Below, one piece after another: positions 36,332 to 47,525 of a stretch of DNA of 64,000 nt. A model generated the notes under the pieces. That model was not told the DNA's origin. It saw only the letters and a program-made list of their open reading frames with translations, and searched no databases. Source of the DNA: Tepidisphaera sp. (GTDB taxonomy: Bacteria > Planctomycetota > Phycisphaerae > Phycisphaerales > UBA1924); NCBI GenBank assembly GCA_050916045.1, contig CP051526.1, positions 864,001-928,000 of the forward strand, given 5' to 3'. How positions within the stretch are numbered: the stretch's first letter is position 1; each line of letters opens with the position of its first letter. Made by a program: the position numbers and the translations under genes.

Positions 36332-37405
36332 ATGCTTCGCCTGATCGATGCGAACCTGAACCGGGCCACGGAGGGGTTGCGGGTCGCGGACGACCTCGCG
36401 CGGTTCGTGCTTGACGATGGCGGGCTCAGCGGGGAGTTCAAAGCCATTCGGCACGGGGTGGTGGAGGCGGTTCGGGCGACGGGGGTGGATGCGGCGGCAC
36501 GGCTTCTGTCGCGGGACACGGTGGGTGATGTCGGGACGGGCCTCACCGCTTCGGGCGAGGGCAGGCGGGCGGACGTCGCGAGCGTCGGGGAAGCCGCTTG
36601 CGGGCGGGCGGCGGAAGCGATGCGGGCGATCGAGGAAGCTTGCAAGCTTTTGGGTGCCGCGGGGTCGGCCCGGGACGTCGAAGCCCTGCGGTACCGGCTG
36701 TACACGGCGGGGGCGCGGCTGACGCTCAAGCTCTCGGCGGGGCGGAGCGGGAAGCAGTGGCGGCTTTGCGTCCTGGTGACCGAAGCGCTCTGCACGCAGC
36801 ATTCGTGGGAGCGGGTGGTGGAGGAAGCGATCGCGGGGGGAGCGGACTGCGTGCAGCTTCGCGAGAAGACGATGGATGCGGGCGAGATGCTCGTGCGGGC
36901 CAAGCGGCTTGTCGAGATCGCGCGGGCGTCGGCACGGGCGGACGGGTCGCGGGCGTCGGTGGTGATCAATGATCGGCCGGACATCGCGCTGCTCGCGGGG
37001 GCGGATGGCGTGCATGTCGGGCAGCATGACCTGCCGGTCGCGGCGGTGCGGAAGCTCGCGGGGTTCACGCTTGCGGTGGGAGTCTCGACGGCGAATCTTG
37101 AGCAGGCCAAGCGTGCGAAAGCGGAGGGAGCGGACAGCGTGGGGCTGGGGCCGATGTTTGTCTCGGGGACCAAACCCAAGCCGGAGCTTGCGGGCTTGGG
37201 GTATCTGCGAGCGTTCCTCGCGGAGGCGGAAGTGGCGGGCATGCCGCACCTGGCGATCAGCGGGATCACGCCGGAGAATGTGGGCGAGCTTTGGGCGGCG
37301 GGGTGCCGCGGGGTGGCGGTGTCGAGCGTCGTGTGCGGGGCGCGGGATCCGCGAGCGGTGTGCGAGAAGCTGCTCGCGGGGGCGGCGGCGGAGCGGACGG
37401 CGTGA
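36332..37405 (+). CDS. thiE: Thiamine-phosphate synthase with an N-terminal helical (ThiD2-like) domain
   Basis: RLIDANLNRATEGLRV, VQLREK, INDRPD, DGVHVGQHD, SGTKP. Confidence 0.9.
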   Translation: MLRLIDANLNRATEGLRVADDLARFVLDDGGLSGEFKAIRHGVVEAVRATGVDAAARLLSRDTVGDVGTGLTASGEGRRADVASVGEAACGRAAEAMRAIEEACKLLGAAGSARDVEALRYRLYTAGARLTLKLSAGRSGKQWRLCVLVTEALCTQHSWERVVEEAIAGGADCVQLREKTMDAGEMLVRAKRLVEIARASARADGSRASVVINDRPDIALLAGADGVHVGQHDLPVAAVRKLAGFTLAVGVSTANLEQAKRAKAEGADSVGLGPMFVSGTKPKPELAGLGYLRAFLAEAEVAGMPHLAISGITPENVGELWAAGCRGVAVSSVVCGARDPRAVCEKLLAGAAAERTA

Positions 37406-38682
37406 GCCGGGCGGAACTGGAATCGCTGATCCGAGCGGCGCTCCTTGCGGCGTCGCCGGGTGAGTGTCTTCGGAAGCACTGGCCGTCGGACCTGGCGGGA
37501 CCGGTGTCTGTGCTCGCGATCGGGAAAGCGTCGCTGGGTTTGGCGGAAGCGGCGCGAGCGGTGCTCGGTGACAGGCTCGCGGGCGGCGTGGTGACGGCGC
37601 CGCCGGAGCTGGCTCTTTCGGCGGGTGGAGTGTTGCCGGGGTGGTATGTGTTCGCTGCGGATCATCCGCTTGCGACGGAGCGGAATGTGCAAGCGGCACG
37701 GGCGGTGCTTGAGTTCGTTCGCGCGGTGCCGCGAGAATTGACGCTTTTGGTGCTGCTTTCGGGCGGAGGCTCGGCGCATCTCACGCTTCCGGCGGGGAGC
37801 TTGACGCTTGAGGATGTGCGGAGCGTGACGCGGGCGTTGCAACGGGCGGGAGCGGCGATTGATGAGCTGAACGCGGTGCGGAAGCACTGCGAATGGCTGA
37901 AGGGCGGCAGGCTCGCGGCGGAATGCGGGGCGGCGCGGATCGTGACGCTTGCGATGTCGGATGTCGAGGGTGACAAGCCGGAGGTGATCGCTTCGGGACC
38001 GACGGTGGCGGATCCGACGACGTATGCGGATGCGCTCGCGGTTCTGGACAAATACGGGGTTGGAGTGGGCGCGGTGCGTGAGCATCTGCTTGCGGGCGAG
38101 CGGGGTGAGCATCCGGAGACGATCAAGCCCGGGGATCCGGTGCTTGCGAGGACGAGTTGGAGCCTGATCGCGAACAACGGGACGGTAGTTGATGCGGTGG
38201 CGAAAGCAGCGGGGGATCGTGGCTTGTTCGTCGTTCGAGAGGATCGGTTCGTCTCGGGCGAAGCCAGCAAAGCGGGCAAGCGGTTTGGAGCCAAGCTCGC
38301 CGAGCTTGCGTCACAGGGGAAGCCCGCGTGCTTGATCGCTGGTGGTGAGCCCGTGGTAAACGTCGGGTCGGCGAGCGGCGCGGGCGGGCCGAGCCAGGAA
38401 TTCGCGCTCGCGGCGGCTCTGGCGATCGCGGGTGTGGAGGGGGTGCAACTCGCGGCCCTGTCGACCGATGGTGTCGACGGGCCGCCGGAGGGGGGAAACG
38501 ATTACGCGGGAGCGATCGTGGACGGGATGACGGTCGCACGGGCTCGGGCGATGGGCTTGGATGCTTGCGGCATGCTTGAAACGCACGACTCGGCGACGTT
38601 CTTCGCGAAGCTCGGCGATGCGATCCGCACCGGGCCGACGGGGACGAACCTGAATCACATCTTCATCGGGCTGACCGGCTGA
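37402..38682 (+). CDS. Glycerate 2-kinase (GckA/TtuD, MOFRL family)
   Basis: AIGKAS, LLSGGGSA, ELNAVRKH..LKGG, IASGPT, TDGVDG, TGPTGTN. Confidence 0.9.
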   Translation: MSRAELESLIRAALLAASPGECLRKHWPSDLAGPVSVLAIGKASLGLAEAARAVLGDRLAGGVVTAPPELALSAGGVLPGWYVFAADHPLATERNVQAARAVLEFVRAVPRELTLLVLLSGGGSAHLTLPAGSLTLEDVRSVTRALQRAGAAIDELNAVRKHCEWLKGGRLAAECGAARIVTLAMSDVEGDKPEVIASGPTVADPTTYADALAVLDKYGVGVGAVREHLLAGERGEHPETIKPGDPVLARTSWSLIANNGTVVDAVAKAAGDRGLFVVREDRFVSGEASKAGKRFGAKLAELASQGKPACLIAGGEPVVNVGSASGAGGPSQEFALAAALAIAGVEGVQLAALSTDGVDGPPEGGNDYAGAIVDGMTVARARAMGLDACGMLETHDSATFFAKLGDAIRTGPTGTNLNHIFIGLTG

Positions 38683-38685
38683 GGC

Positions 38686-39090
38686 TTACCGCTTGAAGAA
38701 CCCCTTCACGCGCTCTGCGAGCGTGAGTTCGCTGAGGTCCTTGAGTTCACCGGCGTCGAGCAGGACGCCGCCGCACTGGCGGCAGAGGTCGATCATGACG
38801 TGCGGCTGGCGCGGGTCGGGGATCTGGAGGAGCGTCGAGTGGTCGCGCGGGCACTCGCGGGTGATCGCTCCGTGCACCTCGTAGTCGTACTGGCGAGCGG
38901 CGCCGTAGTCGACCTCGTCGATCTTGAACCCCGCATCCTTGGCTTGGATCGTCTTCTCGAGTTCGTACGCGTCGAACCAGATGGCTCCGCAGCGGCCGCA
39001 GTGGTCGACGTTGAAGTCGCCCACGGGCATCTTCTCCATGATGGTGGCATCTTTGGGGCAACGGATTTTGCCGGGCGGGGTGAGTTCCAT
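38686..39090 (-). CDS. Protein with two zf-TFIIB-like zinc fingers
   Basis: CPKD...DHCGRCGAIWFDAYEL and CPRD...DLCRQCGGVLLDAGEL. Confidence 0.85.
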   Translation of the reverse strand: MELTPPGKIRCPKDATIMEKMPVGDFNVDHCGRCGAIWFDAYELEKTIQAKDAGFKIDEVDYGAARQYDYEVHGAITRECPRDHSTLLQIPDPRQPHVMIDLCRQCGGVLLDAGELKDLSELTLAERVKGFFKR

Positions 39091-39176
39091 GGGGGGATTC
39101 TAGCGGCGTGTGCAAGGTCCTCGTCGAAATGCACCCCTCACCGCCCTCCGCAAAGCCTGCGGGCACCTCTCGCCGT

Positions 39177-39932
39177 TCAGAGCGACGGGGAGGGTTGGGG
39201 CGTGACCGGCTCGAGGCCGCATTCCGGGCAGCGGGCGGCTGGGGTGTGGGCGTTTCGGTCGTAGCCGCAGGCGGGGCAGTGGTTCCGCTTGAGGCGGGAA
39301 CGGCGGATAAGCAGGCGGCGGATCGGGAATGCGATGAGCACCACTCCGCCGAAGATCGCAGCGTTGGCGAAGAGGCCGGACCAGATCGGCGTCGCGGGGA
39401 TGTGGCGCGGGGTGAGTGCGCTGCCTTTGTCGACCATCCACCCGGGGTACTCGCCGGCGCTGAACCACGCGGGTTTGATGGCGACGGCTTCGAAGGAGTG
39501 GGCTTGAAGGACGGGGAAGGGCCAGCCGACGCGAATGGAGATGACGCGGACGCGCTCGAAAGCGACGCCGCCGGTCTGTGTCGTGAAGTGAATGAAGGCT
39601 TCCAGGTCCTCGGTTTCAAGGGCGAATCCGCGGCTCACGATCAGGTGCTGGAAGTTGCTGAACTCCGGCGTGCCGTCGGTTGGGGCCCACATGGTGCCGG
39701 GCAGCGAGGTGAGGCGGTCAAGGCGAGCGAGAGCGTCGGCCGGCTTGGGCAGGTTGCCGCGCGTGAAGTCGTAGTCCCAGGGCTGGTGCGAGAAGGGCTT
39801 GTTGCGAGAGGCTTCCGCGACGCGGACGGGCTCGGAGCGGGCGGCGGCGAAGAGAGCGATCGCGATAGCGAGACCGACGCCGATGAGCGGCGCGGCAAGG
39901 AGGAGCAGGAATGTGGAGCGGTGTCGCGTCAG
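39177..39932 (-). CDS. Membrane protein with a C-terminal zinc ribbon, paralog of 34701..35426 (possible CTG start)
   Basis: VGWPF, PIWSGLFAN-TM, RNHCPACGY...CPECG; frame is open from CTG 39932 and encodes an N-terminal TM. Confidence 0.65.
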   Translation of the reverse strand: MTRHRSTFLLLLAAPLIGVGLAIAIALFAAARSEPVRVAEASRNKPFSHQPWDYDFTRGNLPKPADALARLDRLTSLPGTMWAPTDGTPEFSNFQHLIVSRGFALETEDLEAFIHFTTQTGGVAFERVRVISIRVGWPFPVLQAHSFEAVAIKPAWFSAGEYPGWMVDKGSALTPRHIPATPIWSGLFANAAIFGGVVLIAFPIRRLLIRRSRLKRNHCPACGYDRNAHTPAARCPECGLEPVTPQPSPSL

Positions 39933-39963
39933 ACGCTTCGACCTCCGAAAAGCGACGTTCTCG

Positions 39964-41226
<1,263 letters not shown>

Positions 41227-41297
41227 CACCCGATCGTAGTGGGGCGGGGTTCGGCCGGTTCGGGATGCTCGGAAAAGACCGGCCGGGTCGGGTGGGG

Positions 41298-42623
41298 TTA
41301 GGCCCGGATGTTCCGGGTTGCCCAGGTCGCGACGATCAGGCCAAGCCCGCAAAGACAAGCTCCGATGAAGAACGAGAGCCCGGGAACGTTGTACGGGGGT
41401 GTCGCTTCCTTGGAGATCGCGTACGAGAAGGCGGAGGTCGCGATGAGCGGGCCCAGGATCTGCGCGCCGCTTTGCAAGCTTCCCATCGCGCCCTGGACCA
41501 GCCCCTGTTCGTCGGGCTTGACGGTCTTGGTGACGATCGCTTGGAACGCCGGCTGGGCGATCCCGCCCAGCGAAGCGACGAGGACGATCGCGTAGATCAT
41601 CCACCCCTCGGATGCCAAGCCGTACCCGACGTACGCGAGCATGCCGATAAAGGCGCCGATGAGCAGCGCCCGGCGTTCGCCGGCTTTGCCCGGGCCCAGA
41701 GCCGGGATGACCTTGCGAGCCAGCCCGCCCTGCACCGCCGCCGCACCGATGCCGACCACGGTGAGCGAGAGGCCGACCTGCCACGATTCCCACTTGTACC
41801 GGTATTCGGTGTAGTTCACCCAGGTCGCGTGCAGGCCGAACATCGCGAGGTTCATGAGGAACAGCGCCCCGACCATCCCCGCGACCATCGGATACCGGCC
41901 CAGGCCCGCGACCGCTCCGATCGGATTGGCTTTCTCCAGGCTGAAACGCGAGCGTCGCTCGCGTGGGAGCGATTCCGGCAACACGAAGTACCCGTAAAGC
42001 CAGTTCGCCAGAGAGAGGCCGCCGGCGGCGTAGAAGGGCAGGTGGATGTCGATCGACCCCAGCACGCCGCCGAGCACCGGCCCCACGACGAACCCGATGC
42101 CGAAAGCCGCTCCGATCATGCCGAACGCGCCCGCACGCTTCTCCGGCGGCGTCACGTCCGCGACGTAGGCCGAACAGACGGCCATGCTCGCGCCCGAGAT
42201 GCCGTTGAGAGCCCGCGTGATGAACAGAAACGCGAGGTTCGGCGAAAACGCCATCGCGAAATAGTCCAAGCCCGAGCCGAACATCGAGACCAGAAGCAGC
42301 GGCCGCCGACCGAACCGGTCCGACAGCGCCCCGAGGATCGGCGAGAAGATCAACTGCATCGCCGCGTACGTCGAAACCAGCCACCCGAACATCGTCGCCG
42401 CGGCCGCGATGCCCTCCGCGGTCTCGCCCACTCCCATCAGCGATCGGATCAGCTTGGGTGCGACCGGGATCAGAAGCCCGAACCCCAGCACATCCAGGAG
42501 AAGCGTCACGAAGATGAACCCGAGTGCCGGCTTGCGGCCCGCGGGGTGGTCCCCCGGCGGCTTGGCTGCGGGGTCGGTCGGCGGGCTTGGCTGCGGGGGT
42601 GGTGGAGCGGGCGGGTTGGTCAC
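41298..42623 (-). CDS. TetA-like (DHA1) MFS efflux transporter
   Basis: LLDVLGFGLLIPV, GALSDRFGRRP motif A, AYVADVT, GFVVGP, LPESL. Confidence 0.9.
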   Translation of the reverse strand: MTNPPAPPPPQPSPPTDPAAKPPGDHPAGRKPALGFIFVTLLLDVLGFGLLIPVAPKLIRSLMGVGETAEGIAAAATMFGWLVSTYAAMQLIFSPILGALSDRFGRRPLLLVSMFGSGLDYFAMAFSPNLAFLFITRALNGISGASMAVCSAYVADVTPPEKRAGAFGMIGAAFGIGFVVGPVLGGVLGSIDIHLPFYAAGGLSLANWLYGYFVLPESLPRERRSRFSLEKANPIGAVAGLGRYPMVAGMVGALFLMNLAMFGLHATWVNYTEYRYKWESWQVGLSLTVVGIGAAAVQGGLARKVIPALGPGKAGERRALLIGAFIGMLAYVGYGLASEGWMIYAIVLVASLGGIAQPAFQAIVTKTVKPDEQGLVQGAMGSLQSGAQILGPLIATSAFSYAISKEATPPYNVPGLSFFIGACLCGLGLIVATWATRNIRA

Positions 42624-42703
42624 ATCGGTCCTTGTCGCGAAAGGTCGCCTTGAGGTTATGGACGCTCCACCCCGGCCGGCCGCGGACGTGGTACGCTCCG
42701 CGC

Positions 42704-43948
42704 ATGATCTTCGCCGCTCTTTCCGTCGTTGTCGCGTCCACCCTGAGCCAGTCCGCCGCGCAGACCGATGCTCTCAATGGAATCCGGGCCTGGGCTTCCT
42801 CGCCCCGCGAATCCCGGCCCGCGCTGAGCTCCCAACCCTTCGCCGCGGCCGCTCTCTCCCGCGCCGAAGCGGAGGAAGCGGCCGACATCCTCTGGTCCGT
42901 TCGTGCTGCCGACCTCAAACGCGAACGCGAGCAGGAGTGGACCGGCAAATCCATCACCCTCGGCGACAAAGCCATGAAGTTCGAGGTCCGCGTCTTTGGA
43001 GAAAAGCCCAAGACCGGCCGAAGCCTCTTCATCTCCATGCACGGCGGCGGCGGAGCGCCCAAAGCCGTCAATGACCAGCAGTGGAAGAACCAGATCGGAC
43101 TCTACAAGCCCGCCGAGGGCGTCTACATCGCTCCACGCGCGCCCACCGACACCTGGAACCTCTGGCACGAAGCCCACATCGACGACTTCTTCGACCGCAT
43201 TATCGAGAACGCCATCGTCTTCGAGGGCGTTGATCCCAATCGCGTGTACCTGATGGGGTATTCGGCCGGCGGCGACGGCGTGTACCAGCTCGCTCCGCGG
43301 ATGGCGGACCGGTTCGCGGCGGCTTCGATGATGGCGGGGCACCCCAACGACGCGGTGCCGGAGAACCTGCGAAACCTGCCGTTCGCGATCCACATGGGCG
43401 AGAACGACTCGGCCTACAACCGCAACACCATCGCCAAGGAGTGGGGCGACAAGCTCGCCGCGCTCGCCAAAGCCGCGGGGGCCAAGCCCGGTGCGACGAC
43501 GGGCCCGTACGTGCATTTTGTCGAGATCCACAAGGGCAAGGGCCACTGGATGGACCGTGATGACGCTTCCGCCGTGCCGTGGATGGCGGGCTTTACGCGA
43601 GATCCGTGGCCCAAGCACATCATCTGGAACCAGTCCTCCCGCGTGCATGACGCTTTCGCTTGGCTCGCGGTGGACGCCAAAGCCGCCAAAGCCGGTCAGA
43701 AGCTCGAAGCCGTCGTCGAAGGGTCGACCATCACCGTCACGCGCTCGACTCCCGCTTCGGCGCTCACCCTTCGGCTGAGCGATGCGCTCGTTGATCTTGA
43801 TCGTCCCCTCAAGGTCATCGTCAACGGCAAAGCCGTTTCGGAGGACAAAGCCGTTCGTCGCGCGGGCGTGATCTGGGAATCCCTTGTCGCACGTTCCGAT
43901 CGCGCCGCGTGCGGTGTGGCCACCGTCACGATCCCCGCCGCGGAGTGA
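42704..43948 (+). CDS. Secreted alpha/beta-hydrolase (esterase/peptidase-like)
   Basis: Signal peptide, MHGGG, DPNRVYLMGYSAGG nucleophile elbow, GEND, KGHW. Confidence 0.82.
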   Translation: MIFAALSVVVASTLSQSAAQTDALNGIRAWASSPRESRPALSSQPFAAAALSRAEAEEAADILWSVRAADLKREREQEWTGKSITLGDKAMKFEVRVFGEKPKTGRSLFISMHGGGGAPKAVNDQQWKNQIGLYKPAEGVYIAPRAPTDTWNLWHEAHIDDFFDRIIENAIVFEGVDPNRVYLMGYSAGGDGVYQLAPRMADRFAAASMMAGHPNDAVPENLRNLPFAIHMGENDSAYNRNTIAKEWGDKLAALAKAAGAKPGATTGPYVHFVEIHKGKGHWMDRDDASAVPWMAGFTRDPWPKHIIWNQSSRVHDAFAWLAVDAKAAKAGQKLEAVVEGSTITVTRSTPASALTLRLSDALVDLDRPLKVIVNGKAVSEDKAVRRAGVIWESLVARSDRAACGVATVTIPAAE

Positions 43949-44170
43949 TCCGAACGGTCCGGGCCAATCTGGAAAATCGTGCGATTCAACGATTCGGGCT
44001 TGACAGCGAGTGCCGGACGTGGTCAACTGGGACCATCGTGGGCAGGGAAGCGTGTTCCCTCCCGACAATCAGAACGCCGCTTGCCCAAGCCCGATTCTGT
44101 GAGCTTGCGGAGGTGGCGGCTCGGGGTGCGGGACCTATTGAACGGTGCGCCGTTCAGGAAGGAGCCGCTC

Positions 44171-45226
44171 GTGAGAATGTCTGTCATGACGCTCGGTGGT
44201 GTGCTGCTGGTCTCTCTGGCCGGGACAGCGCAGGCACAGTACACGCAGAATTTTGATGGTTTGAACGAGGGTTCGCTCGTCGGTCAGGATGGGTTCTTCC
44301 AGCCGGTCGCGGGATCGAACGATTTCCAAGTGGCGACGTTCAACAACCCGCTTCTGTTCAGTGTGACGCCGAACCCGACGGGCGGGACCAAGACCGCGGT
44401 CGGGTCGCAGATCAACTCCGCCAACGGGCTTGCGCGATCGCAGAACTTCGTGAACTGGAGCGCCGGTCCGGTCTGGACGATCTGCGTCGATGTGTGGGCG
44501 GACTACCAGGGGGATCCCGCGCTGCACGGCAACAACGTCGGTTCGCTCTCGATGCAGCCGTTCGGAGCCACGCCCTACACAAACCAAGGGCTGATCATGC
44601 TCTTCTACTATGTGACGCCGGGCAACGTCGATTCCAAGATCGCCATCGGCTGGAACATGCACCTCGACAGCGGAGCGGATGTGACGCCGGGCGCCTTCTT
44701 CAGCCCCGACAACATCAATCAGACGTACCCGCAGGGCGCGTTCAGCGAGCTTTCCCCGCGGAGCTGGCACCGCGTCTCGTACGTCGTGAACTACACAACC
44801 AATACGCTCGACAAGGTCGCGGTGACGGACCTGCAGACCGGCGCGAGCACGACCTTCGTCACGGCCGGCACGACCGGGCCGGTCGGCGGCAACGGAAACT
44901 GGAACATGGCGGGCGGAGCGGCCAACGCCGCCCGATTGCCTATGCCCACGCAGTTCCGCTTCTTCGGCGGCGGCACGGCGGGCGGCGGGAACGTCATCGC
45001 GTTCGACAACCTGAGCATCTCGCTGGGCGATGCTCTGTGCACCGGAGCCGGCTGCCCCTCGGCGGACTTCAACGGCGACGGGTTCGTGGACTTCTTCGAC
45101 TACGGTGATTATGTCGCGTGCTTTGAGGGGGAATGCCTGCCGGGGACCAACGCCGACTTCAACGGCGACGGGTTTGTGGATTTCTTCGATTACGGCGACT
45201 TCGTCTTCGCCTTCGAGGGCTGCTGA
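44171..45226 (+). CDS. Secreted beta-rich protein with a C-terminal GC-type dockerin
   Basis: AAGGAG SD and GTG start; signal peptide ...AQA; FDNL; tail ADFNGDGFVDFFDY x2 ending EGC. Confidence 0.82.
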   Translation: MRMSVMTLGGVLLVSLAGTAQAQYTQNFDGLNEGSLVGQDGFFQPVAGSNDFQVATFNNPLLFSVTPNPTGGTKTAVGSQINSANGLARSQNFVNWSAGPVWTICVDVWADYQGDPALHGNNVGSLSMQPFGATPYTNQGLIMLFYYVTPGNVDSKIAIGWNMHLDSGADVTPGAFFSPDNINQTYPQGAFSELSPRSWHRVSYVVNYTTNTLDKVAVTDLQTGASTTFVTAGTTGPVGGNGNWNMAGGAANAARLPMPTQFRFFGGGTAGGGNVIAFDNLSISLGDALCTGAGCPSADFNGDGFVDFFDYGDYVACFEGECLPGTNADFNGDGFVDFFDYGDFVFAFEGC

Positions 45227-45259
45227 TCGCCGAGCGGTGACGATGGATTGACAACACGC

Positions 45260-45300
45260 GCCCCGACCCCGGACTCGTGGCTGGGGTCGGGGTTCTTTTT
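45260..45300 (+). terminator. Rho-independent terminator
   Basis: CCCCGACCCC/GGGGTCGGGG followed by TTCTTTTT. Confidence 0.75.
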
Positions 45301-45323
45301 CCACCTACCATCGGTCACCCGCC

Positions 45324-46856
45324 ATGGCCGATTCGCTTCCAAGCCCGCCCTCCTCGCCCCCCAGCGCGTCGCGGTCCCCGCTCCTGGCGCTCCGGCACCC
45401 TCATTTCCGGTTGATCTGGTTCGCCGCGTTCGGGACCTACCTCGGCAACTGGTTCGAGTTCGTCGCCGTGCGGTGGCTTGTCACTGAGGAAGCCAAGCAT
45501 CTCGAAGAGGTCGCCAAAGCGGCCGGCACCAAGAGCGAGGTCAACGCCGAGGACTGGATGGCGTACCTGTCGATTGCCCAGCTTGGCCCGACGCTCTTTC
45601 TGGGGCTTTTCGGCGGGCTCGTGGCGGATTCGGTGAACCGGCGGTCGCTGCTGGTCGCGACGCAGGGCGCGATGATGCTGATCGCGTTCGCGATGGCGAT
45701 CGCGGCGTTCTCGGGGCACGCCAACCGATGGATGCTCCTGGTGCTGGTGCTTTGCCAGGGGATCGCGGTGCCGTTCAACAACCCGGCCTGGCAGGTGCTC
45801 ACGCCTCGGCTGGTCCCGAAGGATGAGCTTCACCTCGCGATCACGCTCAACGGCATCTCGTTCAACGTCGCCCGCACCCTCGGCCCGGCGATCGCCGGCG
45901 TCATCATGGCCGTCTTCAAGACGCCGATGCCGCTCCCGGGCGATTCCCAGACGACAAGCCACGGAGCCGCGGCGCTCCTGCTCTTCAACGCGCTGACGTT
46001 CATCGGCGTGATGATCGCGGTCCTCAAGACCCCAGACGCACCCGCTCCCGCCGAACTGGTCGGAGCGTGGCGTCGGCCGGGCCTTGCTTTCGCCCGGAGC
46101 AAGGAAGCGCTGGGCTGGGTCTGGCACCGAAAGGGCCCGCGAGCGGTGCTCCTTGCGGTCGTGGTTTTCGCGGTTTTCGCGACGCCGGTCATGCCGCTGA
46201 TGTCTCTGATCGTGCACGATGTGCACGGCGGCGACGAGGACACCTTTGGCGTGTTCATCGCGGTGATGGGCCTTGGCGCGGTGACGGGCGGGCTTGTGAT
46301 GCGGTATGTGCCGCCGTGGTACCCCATGCATCACTTCATCCCGCTGTCATGCACGCTGGGCGGGGTGTTCATCCTGCTCTTCGCCGTCGCGGACGACAAA
46401 GCCTGGGCGCTCTTCACGCTCTTCTTCGTGGGCATCTTCTGGATGTGGGGGTTCAATTCCTCCGCGGTGGCGATGCAGAAGCTCGCGCCCGACGACATGC
46501 GCGGGCGGATCTCCGCCGTGGTCAACACGATCGCCATGGGCCTGATGCCCGTCGGCCCGCTCCTCGCGTCCAAGATTGGCCATGTTTCCGAACCTTGGCT
46601 CGTGCAACTCGGCCTTTTCACCCAGACGCCGGGGCTTTCGACTCAGCTCGGCATCGCCGCGTGCGCGGTGATCCTGCTCGCCGCGAGCCTCGTCATGCTC
46701 ATCTGGCGGACGCCCGAGGTCGACAACGTCTCGCCGGATGATCCGTCCTACGACCGCCAGCCGGGCCTGCTCCGTGGAATCCTCGCTCACAACCACAAGC
46801 CCGGGTACGTTCCGCCGGCACGCGAGACCTCCGCTTTCGAGGATGCCGGCAAATGA
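45324..46856 (+). CDS. MFS transporter (MFS_3/H+ antiporter-like)
   Basis: FRLIW, GGLVADSVNRR, PAWQ, FNVARTLGPAIAG, PDDMRGR. Confidence 0.88.
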   Translation: MADSLPSPPSSPPSASRSPLLALRHPHFRLIWFAAFGTYLGNWFEFVAVRWLVTEEAKHLEEVAKAAGTKSEVNAEDWMAYLSIAQLGPTLFLGLFGGLVADSVNRRSLLVATQGAMMLIAFAMAIAAFSGHANRWMLLVLVLCQGIAVPFNNPAWQVLTPRLVPKDELHLAITLNGISFNVARTLGPAIAGVIMAVFKTPMPLPGDSQTTSHGAAALLLFNALTFIGVMIAVLKTPDAPAPAELVGAWRRPGLAFARSKEALGWVWHRKGPRAVLLAVVVFAVFATPVMPLMSLIVHDVHGGDEDTFGVFIAVMGLGAVTGGLVMRYVPPWYPMHHFIPLSCTLGGVFILLFAVADDKAWALFTLFFVGIFWMWGFNSSAVAMQKLAPDDMRGRISAVVNTIAMGLMPVGPLLASKIGHVSEPWLVQLGLFTQTPGLSTQLGIAACAVILLAASLVMLIWRTPEVDNVSPDDPSYDRQPGLLRGILAHNHKPGYVPPARETSAFEDAGK

Positions 46857-47476
46857 GCCGCCTCGCCGCTCTGCTCGGTGTGATTTCCTGCGTGCTCGCG
46901 TTCGGCTGCCAAAGCAAGCCGTACCCGACGGATCCCTTCGACCGCGGTACCCCCGCGGCGCTCCGGACCATCGCCCGCGCGTACGAGCAAGCGGTCGCCG
47001 AGATCCACGCACGACCCGACGAGACGTGGCACCACAACTGGCACGGCAACATCTGGCCCAACACCGTCGGCGGGCGACATCGCGGGCTCTGCTACGAGTG
47101 GCAGGAAGAGGTCTGGAAAAGCGTGGGCCCGGTCGTCCAGCGGGTCGGCTGGGAAGGTGTCGGGTTGGCCGCGAACGTCGACCGCTGGACCGAGCACCAC
47201 GTCATCGTCGTCTTCGATCCCACCCGCATCGGCCGAGATGAGCTCATCCCGCCGCTTCCGCCGGGCGTCGATCCCTCGGACGGGCTTCCCCAGGGCGAGG
47301 GGTGGGGCCGCCGGCCGCCCAACGCCATGACCCGCCCAGCCTGGGTCCTGGACCCGTGGCACACGGGGGAGCCCCTCGTCTACACCCTCGACGAATGGCT
47401 GATTCGCGGCACGGCGGACTGGTATTCGGTCGCGCTCGAAGAGCTTCCCGCGCCCGTCCCACCCGCCGGGAGGTAG
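46853..47476 (+). CDS. Lipoprotein with a putative papain/transglutaminase-like Cys-His-Asp triad
   Basis: Lipobox AFGC; GLCYEW, EHHVIVV, WVLDPW. Confidence 0.6.
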   Translation: MSRLAALLGVISCVLAFGCQSKPYPTDPFDRGTPAALRTIARAYEQAVAEIHARPDETWHHNWHGNIWPNTVGGRHRGLCYEWQEEVWKSVGPVVQRVGWEGVGLAANVDRWTEHHVIVVFDPTRIGRDELIPPLPPGVDPSDGLPQGEGWGRRPPNAMTRPAWVLDPWHTGEPLVYTLDEWLIRGTADWYSVALEELPAPVPPAGR

Positions 47477-47525
47477 CGGTTGGTCGTCGGGTGTGGTATC
47501 GTGATGCTCGGGGAGTTTCCGACGT

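Noticed and set aside
35423..37699. 758-aa ORF extending the Pgl-like gene
   Set aside because: The extension is antisense to thiE and the glycerate kinase; a high-GC shadow frame
41298..42623. TetA-like gene as an acquired tetracycline resistance determinant
   Set aside because: No tetR, integrase or IS nearby and composition matches the host; substrate cannot be inferred from sequence
45060..45205. Direct DNA repeats GACTTCAACGGCGACGGGTT...TTCTTCGA (similar ones near 23400-23530) that could look like a CRISPR or repeat array
   Set aside because: Only two copies per site, in frame, encoding the duplicated dockerin loops; no spacer array and no cas genes
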